A DNA stretch of 64,000 bases from Tricharina praecox (lineage: Eukaryota). The position numbers and the translations under genes were made by a program. The stretch covers positions 62,001 to 126,000 of the forward strand of contig NW_026250429.1 in assembly GCF_024521635.1 (NCBI RefSeq), in the 5' to 3' direction. This document shows positions 50,855 through 62,834 of this stretch, in pieces (position 1 is the stretch's first letter; the number at the start of each line of letters is the position of its first letter). The notes under the pieces were generated by a model. That model made no database searches. It had not been told where the DNA came from and saw only the letters and a program-made list of their open reading frames with translations.

Positions 50855-52650
50855 TCGACCGCAGAGACGAGCCTCGACGGTAGAGACGAGCGTCGACGGT
50901 AGAGACAAGCCTTGACGGTAGAAACAAGCCTCGACGGCATAAACAGGCCTCGAGGGCAGAAAGAAGCCTTGACGGCAGAGACAAGCCTCGATGGCAAAGA
51001 CAAGCCTCGATGGAAGAGACACACCTCGACGGCAGAAACACAAACAGTCAAAACGCTACGGCAATTCAATTGCACGTACCATGTTTAGTTTCACCCGCAG
51101 GATTTCGCTGCCCACGCTTCCTTTCTCTCCCTCTCCCTCCTTTATAAACCACCATCAACATCCTCCCTCTCTCTTCCTACTTTCCTTCATCCTCCACCAT
51201 CAAGATCCTCTCTCTCGCTCTCTCTCTCTTCTTGCTACACTGCTACTACATCATCAATTCTCCCTTTCAAGACTTCCCTCCAACAATCCCCCCCCCCCCC
51301 CCGAGATCCCCGACGGTCGTGCATGCGCCTGCGGGCGCGCAAATTAAGCCGTATCGTCGCACCCTCCCCATTCGTGTCGCAGCGATCGCTGCCAGAGCTA
51401 CAGCCTCCACCACCGAGGCGACGGATGTTATCACGTACCATACGGGAGTCGAAGAGGCGAAGGAGGAGTACGACTACCATCCTAGGGGATCCAGTAGCCC
51501 GTCACAACCAAGAAGTTGTGATTGACTTGGTTGTGAAGGACTACTGGCGTGTGGTGTCCTTGTGTCTTTTTAGGAATACTTTGCGATTGACTTGCTGCCA
51601 TTCTCTTTATGGACCCGTTCTATTAATCGGTGAAGCTCGTACTAACTACAGCAGGTGTCACCGAAGCATTGAATAACGACGAATGGAAGGAAAATATTGA
51701 CCTCGGTATGTTGCAAAATCTATCTCATATATGTCGACATAGATGACCGAGTCATTACAGGTATCGACGCCTACCGTGACGACAACGGTAAGCCGTGCGC
51801 TCGGCTTTCTGTTCGCGGCCCCGAGAAGCAGATTCCGAATAGCGCTCTGAAGACCAATCTGTTTGCAAGTGCGAATAAGGATGTGGTGAGTTTTATTTCC
51901 TTCCTTCATCTAAAGATCGGGAATATGGGACTCCGATGAAGAGGACTCCGAGGAGCACTCAGGGAGACTCTCAGAGTGTGCTCTGATGACGAGGAGTCCG
52001 ATGAGGAAGAGCTCAAGCTCATCGACCCGCCGAACAACCGTCCCGACGGTTAGGCTATTCATTTAGGCGGAATCTTTTCCGCCAGGAAATTTTCAGTCCA
52101 TCACCGCTATACGATGATGGACTAGTTTAAGATCACTCACTCCTGGGAGGAGGAGTTTTCAAGAAGCTTGACGACTACATCAAGAGCTTAGGAATGGATG
52201 CGGAACACAAGAACAAGGCGAAGGGATACTTACTGTATCTTCTAATCGGAGTCATTCGTAAGGTTGCGCGGCAATCCGACCGGAACGAGTTCGATTGAAA
52301 AAGCTCAGGTGCTGGCCGCTGGCGAGGACGGAGGGTTTCTGATGGATTTTGTGCATCTATTTGCTTTCTGTTTTTCCTTTTATTTTTTCTTACTTTGTTA
52401 TATCCTGCTGTGTCAATTGAGGTGAACATTTCCGGAAAGACTATGCGGAAGAGGAGGAGAGAGGGGGGGAAGAAGAAGGAGGAGGATGAGGAGGGCTGAG
52501 GGGGCTAGTTTTTTCTTTCAATTTTATCGCAGTAGTCTGCATCCTCAATGATTTTGTATCCTTTCGAGCTCGTCACGACGAATTTTTCACAGTAGGCTGG
52601 AAGCCAGCCTGTGTTCTATATAATCCCATCCAGCCCCTCTTTGTGGCCTA
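50855..52650 (+). mobile_element. Most complete cassette-family copy
   Basis: 21-bp array (50855-51035), header with tttataaa (51141) and CT tract, cargo, acidic DEEDSEE block (51930-52010), 3' module (52515-52585), hairpin aggct..agcc and ctgtgttctata..ccagccc (52609-52636). Confidence 0.75.
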
Positions 52651-53479
52651 TGGACGGGACTCTGCTTCAGTCATCCGGGGTAGTGCAGGCAACAGCTCGA
52701 AATGCCCATAGGCTGGGCTGGGGTTAGTGGGCTGATCTGATAGCCCGGGCTGGAGCCGATGTGCTGGCAGCCCAGCCCGGGCTATCAGTTGGCGTTGGGC
52801 GGGCTGGATCGTAGAGTTGGTTAAGGTAACACTACGACAATAGATAGGAAACAGGCTCACGCCGGCGAGACGAAGGATTGAAGAAAGAGTATTGGATTTA
52901 CATAGGACACAGGCCCACGCCAGCAACAGTAACTTTAGCTTACTACCCGGGCTGCTACTTGGTTCGAAACCGGCGCTCTCGATTGCGTCTGACATCGAAT
53001 TTAGGGTTATATGGGATGCGATTTGTGGCAGGAGGCGATTTGTTTAGGGAGGTGACTTTGTTGCGAGAGATGATTTAGTTGCGGACGATGATTCTGTTGC
53101 GATTATTGTTCTTGGGATGCAGAATGTGGCCGTGCCAGATCACCCTCGTCGATACTATGTAGAGTAGAAGTGTGACGCATCATTGAAACTCACTCGCTAC
53201 TACCCACTAACCCTGATGCGCCCAGGCTAAGGCATCCGAGTGGGAGCTCAGGGAGCTGGAAGAGAGAGCGAGCTGAGGCGAGTCGAGAAGGAGATGAGTG
53301 CCGATGCCGAGGAGGAGGAGGGCGCTGAAGCTGAGGAGCCAGGCGAGGTAGAATAGCGGACCAGCAACTTGCTGTGGAGGTGGGTGCGAGGGCGGGGCGA
53401 GTGGTGGTGGCGGACGTGGCGGGGAACGGTCGTTGCCTCCTCTAGCTCTATCTCTGCCTGATGAGCTCACATATAGTAC

Positions 53480-53640
53480 TGTTAGGAAAGGCCAGGGCGG
53501 AGGGCCAGTCACATCGGGCCGCCTAACAAAAGTCGGGTTGGACAATGGCGTGAAAACGGGGGGAGGGGTGCACGTGGAGATGATAATGCCATGATCTAGA
53601 TAGGTCGCATGCAATTAATGAATTAATAAAAAAAAAAAGG
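53480..53640. repeat. Dispersed repeat shared with 61760-61830 (inverted) and 62015-62062 (direct)
   Basis: cgcatgcaattaatga.ttaa.aaaaaaaa (inverted copy) and ggcc.gggcggagggc..cacatcgggccgc (direct copy). Confidence 0.6.
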
Positions 53641-54089
53641 TGGGCTGCTCAAAGCCAGGCTGTGGGCTGGCTTTGACCGGGCTGAGCTGTTGCCTGCACT
53701 GCCTGAGGGTGTGTGATGGACGGGTCACGGGCGTACCCACGAACAAGGTCGGACGGGAGGCACTGCAGTTAACTACCGTCGGCTGCAAACAGGCGTACAG
53801 GTTCAGGAGAAAAACCATAAACCGGGATGAATCACATGAGAACAAGCGATGTTCAGCAAAATAGCGTACAGAACGGAATACTTTCATCCCGCGCTCCAGA
53901 AGAATGGACGGGATGGGGGTAGACAGATCCCTTCCAACCCACCTGGACTATGCAGAACACGGATGCCGCGATTCTCCTGAAGCACTTCACTGGTCATGGC
54001 TTGACTTGTGTCTGACATGTATGATGTCATGCCTCGAAGGCAGCGACACCCCTCAGTAACGGACCTACTGTAATTCATTGCCAGGCACC

Positions 54090-55715
54090 GCGTGCGGTTT
54101 TACTCGCAGGGATTATCCTCCACCCATTACTTTACCTCTCTCTCCCTTCTTTCTCCTAAGGGACGTGAAGGGTCGAGCAGGAGCTGGCTCGCCGGGGTGC
54201 ACCAGAGGGTTGCCTCTTATTCCGTCAATGGTGTGACCCGAGTGAGACTAGTTTCTGATGGTATGACGATGGCTCGCCAAGATTGTGGGACCCGATTGAT
54301 GCTTGGCTAGACAAGACAGAACTTGAGTGGGCTTGGGAAGACTTGGGTTGACACCCCTGTTTTCAAGGCGGAACCTTCACAGACCTGGGTGGACCTCTCT
54401 GTTTTCGAGGCTGGACCTTCACAGACCTGTTGCGACCAAATGTTCTGTAGTGATCATTTCTGTTTGTTGACATCGTCGTCGAGCCGACCTGATTCGGTCG
54501 GCCAAATGTTGTGTTCTCGCCGGCAACTCTTATCTAAAGGGGTCGTCGTCTCTTCTCTTTCTGATTTCTGTGTCGCGATTTTCACTTTTCTCATGTTTCC
54601 CGTTCATTTGTGCTGTTTCTACAATTGACAATCTCATTTTCATTACACTTCTCCCAATTTGTGGGCCCTCACTACTCCAGCATCAACTTCCTCTTTCTAC
54701 ATCCCCCTCTTACTACAGTTCTACTCCACCATCAACTTCGTATCTCCCCCTCCCGGACGAAATCGCTCCGCCTTTGCAGATGCACACAGCGATCTACCAC
54801 CTCTCCCCTTACCACCCCATTAGCATCCTCTCTCTCCCTACCGCCTCCTCCCTACCCCACCATCCATTGTACGATACCCCATCTACCTCACAAGCCGTCG
54901 CAAACCCGCCATTGCTTGCTATCGAAGGAAGCTCGGCGGAGCCGGGCGCGACCGAAGCCCAGCCGAGACTAACGATCGAAGAAATCCCTGCGCGTGCGAC
55001 CAAAGCGGGGCAGGATCTAGAACTCTGTGATATCCCTCCGCGTGCGACCGAAGCGGAGCTGGAACTGGCTCCCGCCAATATCTCCGAGGTTCCGGAACCG
55101 GAAGCCTCTCGAGCCCCGTCCAGCATCCGGCAGGTTGGAACCGTGGTGTGGATTAGTAACGACATCGGATGGCGGTGTAAATTCTGTATGCTCTTCCACC
55201 TCCCCAGCCGGTGTATACAATTATCTAACCCTCTCCAGGCACCCAGCAGTATCGCAACTATAAACCATCCAACCCCGCCACCGCAAACCACAACAGATCC
55301 CGACCTCGCGTACTCTACTGCCTAGATTCAAGACGACGAAGATGAAAGCCTCTACTCATTCGAAGAAGGAAAATACGAGGAAGATGGGAGAAAGATGAGG
55401 AGGATGAAGAAGGAATAGAAAGGGGAGTAGGAAGATGACGAGAAGAGGGTAGATAGCAAGGGGAAGAGGCAGAGGAGGACGCGGAGGAAGAGGCAAAGTG
55501 GAAGCAGACGAAGGAGTCGAAGGAGACGAAGGAGGTGAAGGATTTGAAGGATTTGATATTTTTCTTGTCTACATGCGAGGAGACGAGAACATCCGACTAC
55601 AGATGGGTACAATCTTTGACGGAAAGCACAACATCGTATTGTTGCTATCAATTTTATCAATTTTATCGCAAATAACTGTATCCTCAATGACTTTGTATCC
55701 TTTTGAACTCGTCAA
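54090..55715 (+). mobile_element. Diverged cassette-family copy with Pro/Glu-rich cargo ORF (54780-55325)
   Basis: ggttttactcgcaggg..ccaccc header remnant, acidic purine tract at 55330-55550, and 3' module ttttatcgcaaataactgtatcctcaatgactttgtatcc at 55661-55700. Confidence 0.55.
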
Positions 55716-57186
55716 TTCAGCAGCTGTTTGGCGATACGTTTCATTATAATGACGGTCGTCGTGATTAAAACAACATTTTGACTATTGCCTGGTTTTCCGG
55801 GTATCTCGAAGTTGGAATCCGAATTTTCGATCTCGTGCTGTCATGTAACGCTCCGCTTATAAGGCATAATTAGTAACCTTCTGCTTCCTACATCCCGCGT
55901 CCGAAATTACCATGGACTAAAGGTTTACATTGCGCAAGACTTGGGAACGGCCGTCGAAATCGCCATACGCAAACACGGCAGCATGTGGTAGAAGAGCAGC
56001 ATTTAGCTGTAATCTTGACAAACAATCTACAAGCTTTATAAACAATCTAATGAGTGGAATCACAGCCCCCCAATCGTCTGACTTTCTGCTGCACCGTTGT
56101 TCTTGCCATAATATCACGAACTTCCGTGTACCTCGTCATGTGAGATCACTCGGAGGTTCGTTTTCCGTTCTCACGGAGGTGGCGAGCGGCGGCGAGCGTC
56201 CTCTATATGACTCTCTTTCCGCTACGATACAGTCTACACTACCCCAGAATACCACTTTTCTTAACAGTTCTACACGGATAAGGGGTGAGTGATAAAACGT
56301 GAATCAGTGAACCGGTGCCGCAATATGGAACTATAAGCTGCGATTAGTTGTGAACTTTTTTAAGCATCTAATGTGAAAGCAGAACATCCTAATCGTTTAC
56401 AACAGACTTTCCGCCGGACCGCAGTCCGCCCGACTAAGATGTGAGTGATGTAACGTGAATCTGTGAACCAATGCCAATAATGGCGTGCCATGGCCCATGG
56501 GTGGGGTATTTTGTGGAGCTCTAAGAACGGTCATTGAAAGGTATGAGCTCTACGTACGTTGTGGAATGATGGTTCTTTACGGTGATGACCTTGGGGAAAC
56601 TACCTAGGAGGATGGAAGCATCGTATTCAGAGAAACGGAGACTTGATGCGTGGGAAGGTTCGAGACGTCTATCAAATACTTGAATACAGATGGTAGGATA
56701 CGGCACAGAAGTAAATCTCCATTATCACCCCTTCATCGGCCGGCCTCGGCATCACCTCCATTTGCCGCACCCACCGACATCCCACCGCCGTCTATCACAT
56801 ACCATCCCCGGTTGCTCACCCTTCACAAGGGCAGTGTCACGTTTTCAGGCGTAGAATAATATCGGCACCCAAGAACGCTGGTTATGCAGCGGCATGTGTT
56901 TAGATCAGATGGCGTATTCGCTTAAGCGCTCTCGGTCTATGAACACGCATTCACGAGATCACTCGGTCGAACCACGGCATGTCTAATCATTTTCTATAAC
57001 GGCGACGTCGGTGAGTACGACAAATACTAGGGCACACACGACGTGCATGTATTACGAGCTTCAATCAAGCAACACACATCCGCTCCTTATTTCTATCCCA
57101 ATTTTTACCACCCACCCTTTCCCCAACAATTACTCAACCTGACATTGACTTCCCCCCCCATCACCTCACTAGACACCAAAACCACC

Positions 57187-57912
57187 ATGAGCGACTACAC
57201 TCCCTCCAACAACGTCAACACTTCACCTACTCCCGGCGCGGGCAACAGGCCTCGGTCGAAGTCCGTGGGAATGGATACTCCCCTGGACCGCGCGGCGGCT
57301 TCCCGCTTCACTACCACCATGAGCGACGACACACCTTCCAACGACGTCAACGCTTCGCCTACTCCCGGCGCGGGCAACAGGCCTCGGTCCAAGTCCGTGG
57401 GAATGGATACTCCCCTGGACCGCGCGGCAGCTTCTCGCTTCGCTGCGGAGTTTCCTGGCCCTCGCGGTGCCGTCACGTGGGAGGAGCAGACCATGGCTAC
57501 CATCGCTACTTACATGGAGAAACACAACGAATTGTTTCTTAAATTTGAAGCCATGAGGCTTTCCTATGACGAGACTTCACCGATGATGCGCGGCGCGAAA
57601 GCCCGCGAGATGGTCGCGATCGCCTGCGAGATGGCCAGGAAAGCCCGCCAGATCGCCGCGGTGGCTAGGCGTGCCGAGCTACACAGGTCGCTGCAGAATG
57701 CGAACCAGTCCCAGCTGGACCCTTGGGCTTGGGATGCTAAGTATAATGTTCTCGCCAGGAATATTTTCTGCGGTATGTTCGTCATTCATGGTTGCATGGA
57801 GATGGGGGGGCTGACGTGGAGTGCAGAGACGTGCTGTGATCATTCCGACGAGGACGGAATCTGCAAAGACAAGTTCGGTGATGAGTCCAACGAGAACGAA
57901 ATCTGCAAGTGA
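57187..57912 (+). CDS. Hypothetical protein with a recent 132-bp N-terminal tandem duplication
   Basis: ATG at 57187 in accaccATG context; MSD.TPSN.VN.SPTPGAGNRPRSKSVGMDTPLDRAAASRF occurs twice; helical/Cys-containing C-terminus. Confidence 0.65.
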   Translation: MSDYTPSNNVNTSPTPGAGNRPRSKSVGMDTPLDRAAASRFTTTMSDDTPSNDVNASPTPGAGNRPRSKSVGMDTPLDRAAASRFAAEFPGPRGAVTWEEQTMATIATYMEKHNELFLKFEAMRLSYDETSPMMRGAKAREMVAIACEMARKARQIAAVARRAELHRSLQNANQSQLDPWAWDAKYNVLARNIFCGMFVIHGCMEMGGLTWSAETCCDHSDEDGICKDKFGDESNENEICK

Positions 57913-59094
57913 ACTAGGGTTTCTTCGACAACACCTTCTCATTCACTGTGGTTCGATGGAGGTTGGGTTCACGGGCGTGGGTTCATTGATAAGGCTTCTT
58001 TGGGATCATAGCGGATGAATGGAGGATGTTGTCGATAAAAAGTGTCTTATGTTCACTGGCTGGGGATGAGTTGGCATTGCAGGATCTGTTTTCTCTCAGC
58101 ATTATGAGCAATTACTAGAACCTTCAATCTACAATCTTGTCATGATTGGTACATAACTTCGGCAATCGCGTGAACCCCCCAAGCCTCAACCTCGTATGGC
58201 CAATGTCTCGCCAGTATATACGCCAGTGACGGTCAAAGCCTCATCGACACCCTCTGCCCTACCATGGCTCCACGAACTATTCGCTTCTCATTCACCGACC
58301 AGAGCTAAATGCAACATTCCTCATCCCTTCTAAACCGAACCGCGATCAAAATTTCCGTCTCAATCCGTGATGCTAACGCTTGCGAGTTTCCACCCGCTCG
58401 GTGGCCGTCACGCCCGAATGGCACGTCATTCTATGGTTAGCTAAACTGCAGTTTATGGCGGTCGAAAGTCTTTGATTGTATTTGCTATGCTTACTTCCAG
58501 TTTACAGGATGGGCAGTCGTCCGGTGACTATCAGCATTGAAACAGAATCTTCATCGCTGAACGGAATTTCACCGCACCAAACACAGTTGTCATGATATCA
58601 CGAACTTCCGTGTAATGCGTCATGCGATCACTCTCTTTGTCGAGATACTTCCGTTATCCGTTCTCACGGAGGTGGCGAGCGGCCTCTGTCCGAGGTACCC
58701 CCGCGCCTTCCTCTACATATGCATTTCTTCCTGCTGTGTCTGATACGTCGTACACTACTTCAAAATACCACTTCATTAACAACAGTTGCTTATGGGAAGG
58801 CGAGTGATATCACGTGATTTGAAACAGCGAGCGACTGCCATCCAGATATCATACAGTCCGCAACGAAATAGGGTTCAGGTGGGCTCGGTGAATAGACCGT
58901 GCTGTGAGTAGGCACGAGAATTGTGATGTGTTGGATAGTCCTTTGTAGGTCGTATATCGAAAATGTTACCGTGAAAGGTTAGTTAGAGTACTGAGTAGAT
59001 TTGGCATTGTGAAATACACCTGCACAGCCACATATTCGCATACCTGCACCGCCGTATAACGCCCCGCCGCCAGCACCTTCCTAGGGTCCCGGTT

Positions 59095-59200
59095 CACTCC
59101 CAGCCCTGTGGGGTATCCGTCCTCATCACGCCATCACGGAAGATTGTAGTCCTTGTTCTCCTCAACCCGAATAATTCCATCTGTCTCGGGCAACCTCTGT
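59095..59200 (+). repeat. Solo copy of the right arm of the 1-540 element
   Basis: gccctgt.gggtatccgtcctcat..cggaaga.tgtagtc.ttg.tctcctca.cccga.taattcc.tc..cgggcaacctc matches 413-507. Confidence 0.75.
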
Positions 59201-62200
59201 GGAAACCAGAAAGGCACAGGAATAATTTCACTCAAATGTACGATTTTGTATGAGAGTTGTCCTTTCATTAACGGCTATCTACCGACCCTTATATCCTCCT
59301 GCCGTCGCCGGTGACCCACACTTCCATATAATGATAGCATTTGCTGATTCGCCACACCTTCCAACAACCTCAAAGACGGGCTGGGCGGACGATTCGCCGC
59401 CCTGGGGAAGAACGGCTGAGTCCATCGATCTGCAAGATGTTAGCATCAGGTTCAGAATTTAGGAGATTAGTGTTTGCCTTCCACCACAAGCGGGAGGAAT
59501 TTTCCGAGGAAGAGGCATCTCGGCGACACTGTCCACAGGGGACATATCAATGTGTTAAGAACGACGAACCCGTCAATCTGCATGATACGATTAGTGTTAC
59601 GTTAAGCATTTGGAGGATTGGTACTTGCCTTCCACCACAACGAACATGAATAAACGGTCCTAAACCGCCACCTCGTAAGCGGCTCAAGTCGCACTTCCCA
59701 GCAAGGGACGCATAGTGATGGCTCCACTAGCCACGGCACCCGGCTCCCACGTCTTTCCAGTTGATCTGTCCGCGGCTCTTTGGTTGCCTCATCATCTGTG
59801 TCCGACGTCGGCTTGTCATCCGTTTCCGAGGTCGCCCCATCATCATTGTCCCGACGTCGCCTCATCATGTTCTGAGTCACGCCCGCTGTTGGGAGGCTCA
59901 GCCGTGTCCGGCTCGTCATGGGCATTATCATCGGTCTGATCGTCATTGTGGCCCGACGCAGCCGCCTCAGGCTCGCCGTGCATGGTGCTGCACGTGGCCA
60001 TCACCAAGTGTGGTGAAAGTGGAAAGGAGATTGTGAAGGAAGCCCGCTCCTAGGCGGGGTGGGAAAAAGATGAGTCAGGTTATCAATGCGAAGAAAAGAA
60101 CGAATATTCTAATATTGCCACCAAGGGCAGTTGGGGTTGATGTTTGATGTTGTGTGTTGGTTGTTGTGGGAGAGGAGTGAAAGCAGTGGTTGGTTGAGTT
60201 AAATGTTGGGGGCTACGACGAAGTTAAGGTCGAAGCTAACGTCGAAGCTAATGGAGCGTGACAGAACATACGGAGCTTCTGCGCTTTCTATGACACGGAT
60301 AACGATTAGATCCACCCTCCTCCTCCCCGATGTCGGTAAGCAATGATCTACATAGAAGAACAGGAACACGTGGCATGTTCCGAGTCTCCGACTTTTTGGT
60401 CTCTGCAGACGAGCCAACAGTATTTGTTTGTCGCGGCCAAACAAAGTACTCCACCCATATTGAGAATAACCATTTGCTACCGCGATGATCAGAAGTCGCA
60501 ATTCACGCCAGCTTAGAATGGTCGCCCATGTGAGGTGAAAAACCACTACTAGGTATGGTGCGCTGGGTATGCGGGCGAGTTGAGCCTCCTAAGTCCTGAT
60601 CATTGCGGTATGTAGAAAATACATATCGGCAATGTGAGTCCCACTGTCATTAGAGTGAGCTGCAATAATTTATACTTTCCAGCCCGTGCGTTCTCCAGCT
60701 CCATGTGTGTTGCCGCATTTTGGCCTCATATGTACACTGCTATGTAGAGTATCCGCAACCTGCCACCTACGTCATACCAACCCCCCACACTCCCGCTGGG
60801 GTCGCGCACCCCTGCAACAAGCACTGCTATGTATGGTCCGACCTCTTGCTTGACGTCTGGCATCTCCATAAATATTTATGTTTCACTCCAGCAGTAAGGA
60901 GCGAGCCACTTACATCAACGCCCTGCATTTGCAGCTGCCACAGCAGAGACCTCCGCCAATGGAACCCAACACCGCCAGCACTACCCGCATCATACGATAT
61001 CGAGGCTACCAGGAATCGAGAGGAAGGTGGATACGGAGGGGCTCTTAACACGGGTGGTGGAACGATATATGGAGGAGAAGAAGCGGGCATAAAGGACATC
61101 GAGTGTTTTCTTGACGAGAGTTTTGTTCAGATTGAACAAACATCAACCTACAACCGAGCGTTCATGAAAGCAAACGGGGATCTGTCGGTTTGGACGTCAC
61201 ACGAGAATGGAAAACAAAGGTGTGTTAGCGACAGCCTCGAAATGAAGACCCGTTCTGCAGAGCATGTGGGGAATCATTAAGACCGGCTAACGGGCAGATA
61301 GGGCTTGACCGTCCTATCCACAGTGGCGCATCTCGAGATCCATTCGGTAATTCCCTTACATCGACAACATCTGCAGCTATCTGCGGGAATGGGCTCTGGC
61401 GAGTACTATCCAGCCCAAGGCCTACGAATCCTCCATTTTGAACGATCACTGTCAACCAACACACTACCGACATCCATCAAAGCCCTTTCACGACGCAGTG
61501 TCACTGTTGTAGGATGATATTAAAGTCCGGGAAGATACGACTTAATCGGCGGAATCTGCGCATCGCGCATACCCTACAGAATATACATTACTTCCGAGCT
61601 CTGACCCGTTACCAGATATACCAAGCAAGAAGCAGTTCATTCCTACCAAGCTGGCTAGTGGATGGACGGCCGGAGGCAGGCCATGTTTTCTTCTAAGCCT
61701 CAAGCTCCTCGGCTGGTACCTGTCAGATCTAGGCTCATTGGGCGCCGGAGGACTACATACTGGCTTTTTTTTGTTTAATCATTAATTGCATGCGAACTGT
61801 CTACATCACGGCAATTTCTACCCGTGGAGGGAGCGGGAAGAGAGGCAGCGGGAAGGGAGGGAGGTGCTGCGGCGGCTCGAGGAAGAGGATGAGGCGACGG
61901 GGGAGGCGACGGCGTGGATTAGAGACTCGCGGAGGTGGTGGGGTACGAACGAGCCCAGGGATTGGATGGTGTCTTATCCTGGTATTGTTTCTTTCGGGCG
62001 CTCTATGTTCATTTCTAGGACTGGCCGGGGCGGAGGGCAGGTAAAGCCACATCGGGCCGCTTGGTGAAAGTCGAGACGGACAGTGTCGTAGGAACAAGGG
62101 GGTGTATGGGTAGACATTAGACGACATACTGGCGCCAGATCTTTGGCTTCCGGTGATTGGGCGTCCGAGTCAGATTTGCTGTCCGGGGCGCCGTGATCGG

Positions 62201-62507
62201 GGCGGGGGCCGAATTGCGAACCGTCAGCTTGGAAACATGTATATAAAGGACCTACTGTTATGACGAGAGAAATAATAATCAAGTCTTTTCATGCTCCTAG
62301 TTTTCACACCGATATGCAGATTCAACTTATGTACATACGCCGATGATTGGAATGCCTACGTCCGTTTAATTCACTAGTTACTGCCGAGCGAGCGAATTTC
62401 GCTCTTGATATGTTTGACAGGTAACTACCGTCTATTCCAAAGTCAAACAGAGTGACATAGCAAACGAACCCATCCCCCGCTTGCGAACCGCAAGCACAAA
62501 CCGGCTT

Positions 62508-62834
62508 TCATCTAGCTCTCCCGTCCCCCAGCCTGGACCGAAAATAGACATCTTCTCGACTATCATCAGAATCAGACTCGTTTTGAAGTGCTTCATCCAC
62601 TGCTCTATCAACGCTATCCAGGGGGCGCCGTGTTGATTTACATCCGCTTGGAAGCCTATCAGTATTGCGGTAGCCGAGTCTCGCGACCCTCATCAGTAGT
62701 GAGCAACTCCATGCCTTGCAGCATTTCTTGTGGATCCAGTGGCCGCATTCGGCAAGTGTTACTCCGTCCCTGTCTGTACCGGTGCGGCGGAGGAGCTGGC
62801 AGGAGTTGCTTGTGGTACATTTGCATCTACGCAT
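62508..62834 (-). CDS. Small RING-H2-like zinc-finger protein (paralog of 25052-25417)
   Basis: CKC-x5-C..ECGHWIHKKCCKAW..LPSGC followed by an acidic tail. Confidence 0.6.
   Translation of the reverse strand: MRRCKCTTSNSCQLLRRTGTDRDGVTLAECGHWIHKKCCKAWSCSLLMRVARLGYRNTDRLPSGCKSTRRPLDSVDRAVDEALQNESDSDDSREDVYFRSRLGDGRAR

Noticed and set aside
53458..53495. Second hammerhead (ctgatga...gaaa); also ctgatga at 24557 and 42292
   Set aside because: No stem II pairing or matching stem III/NUH.
60199..61280. 115-aa and 191-aa ORFs
   Set aside because: No identifiable domain or reliable start/splice model; possibly decayed coding DNA.
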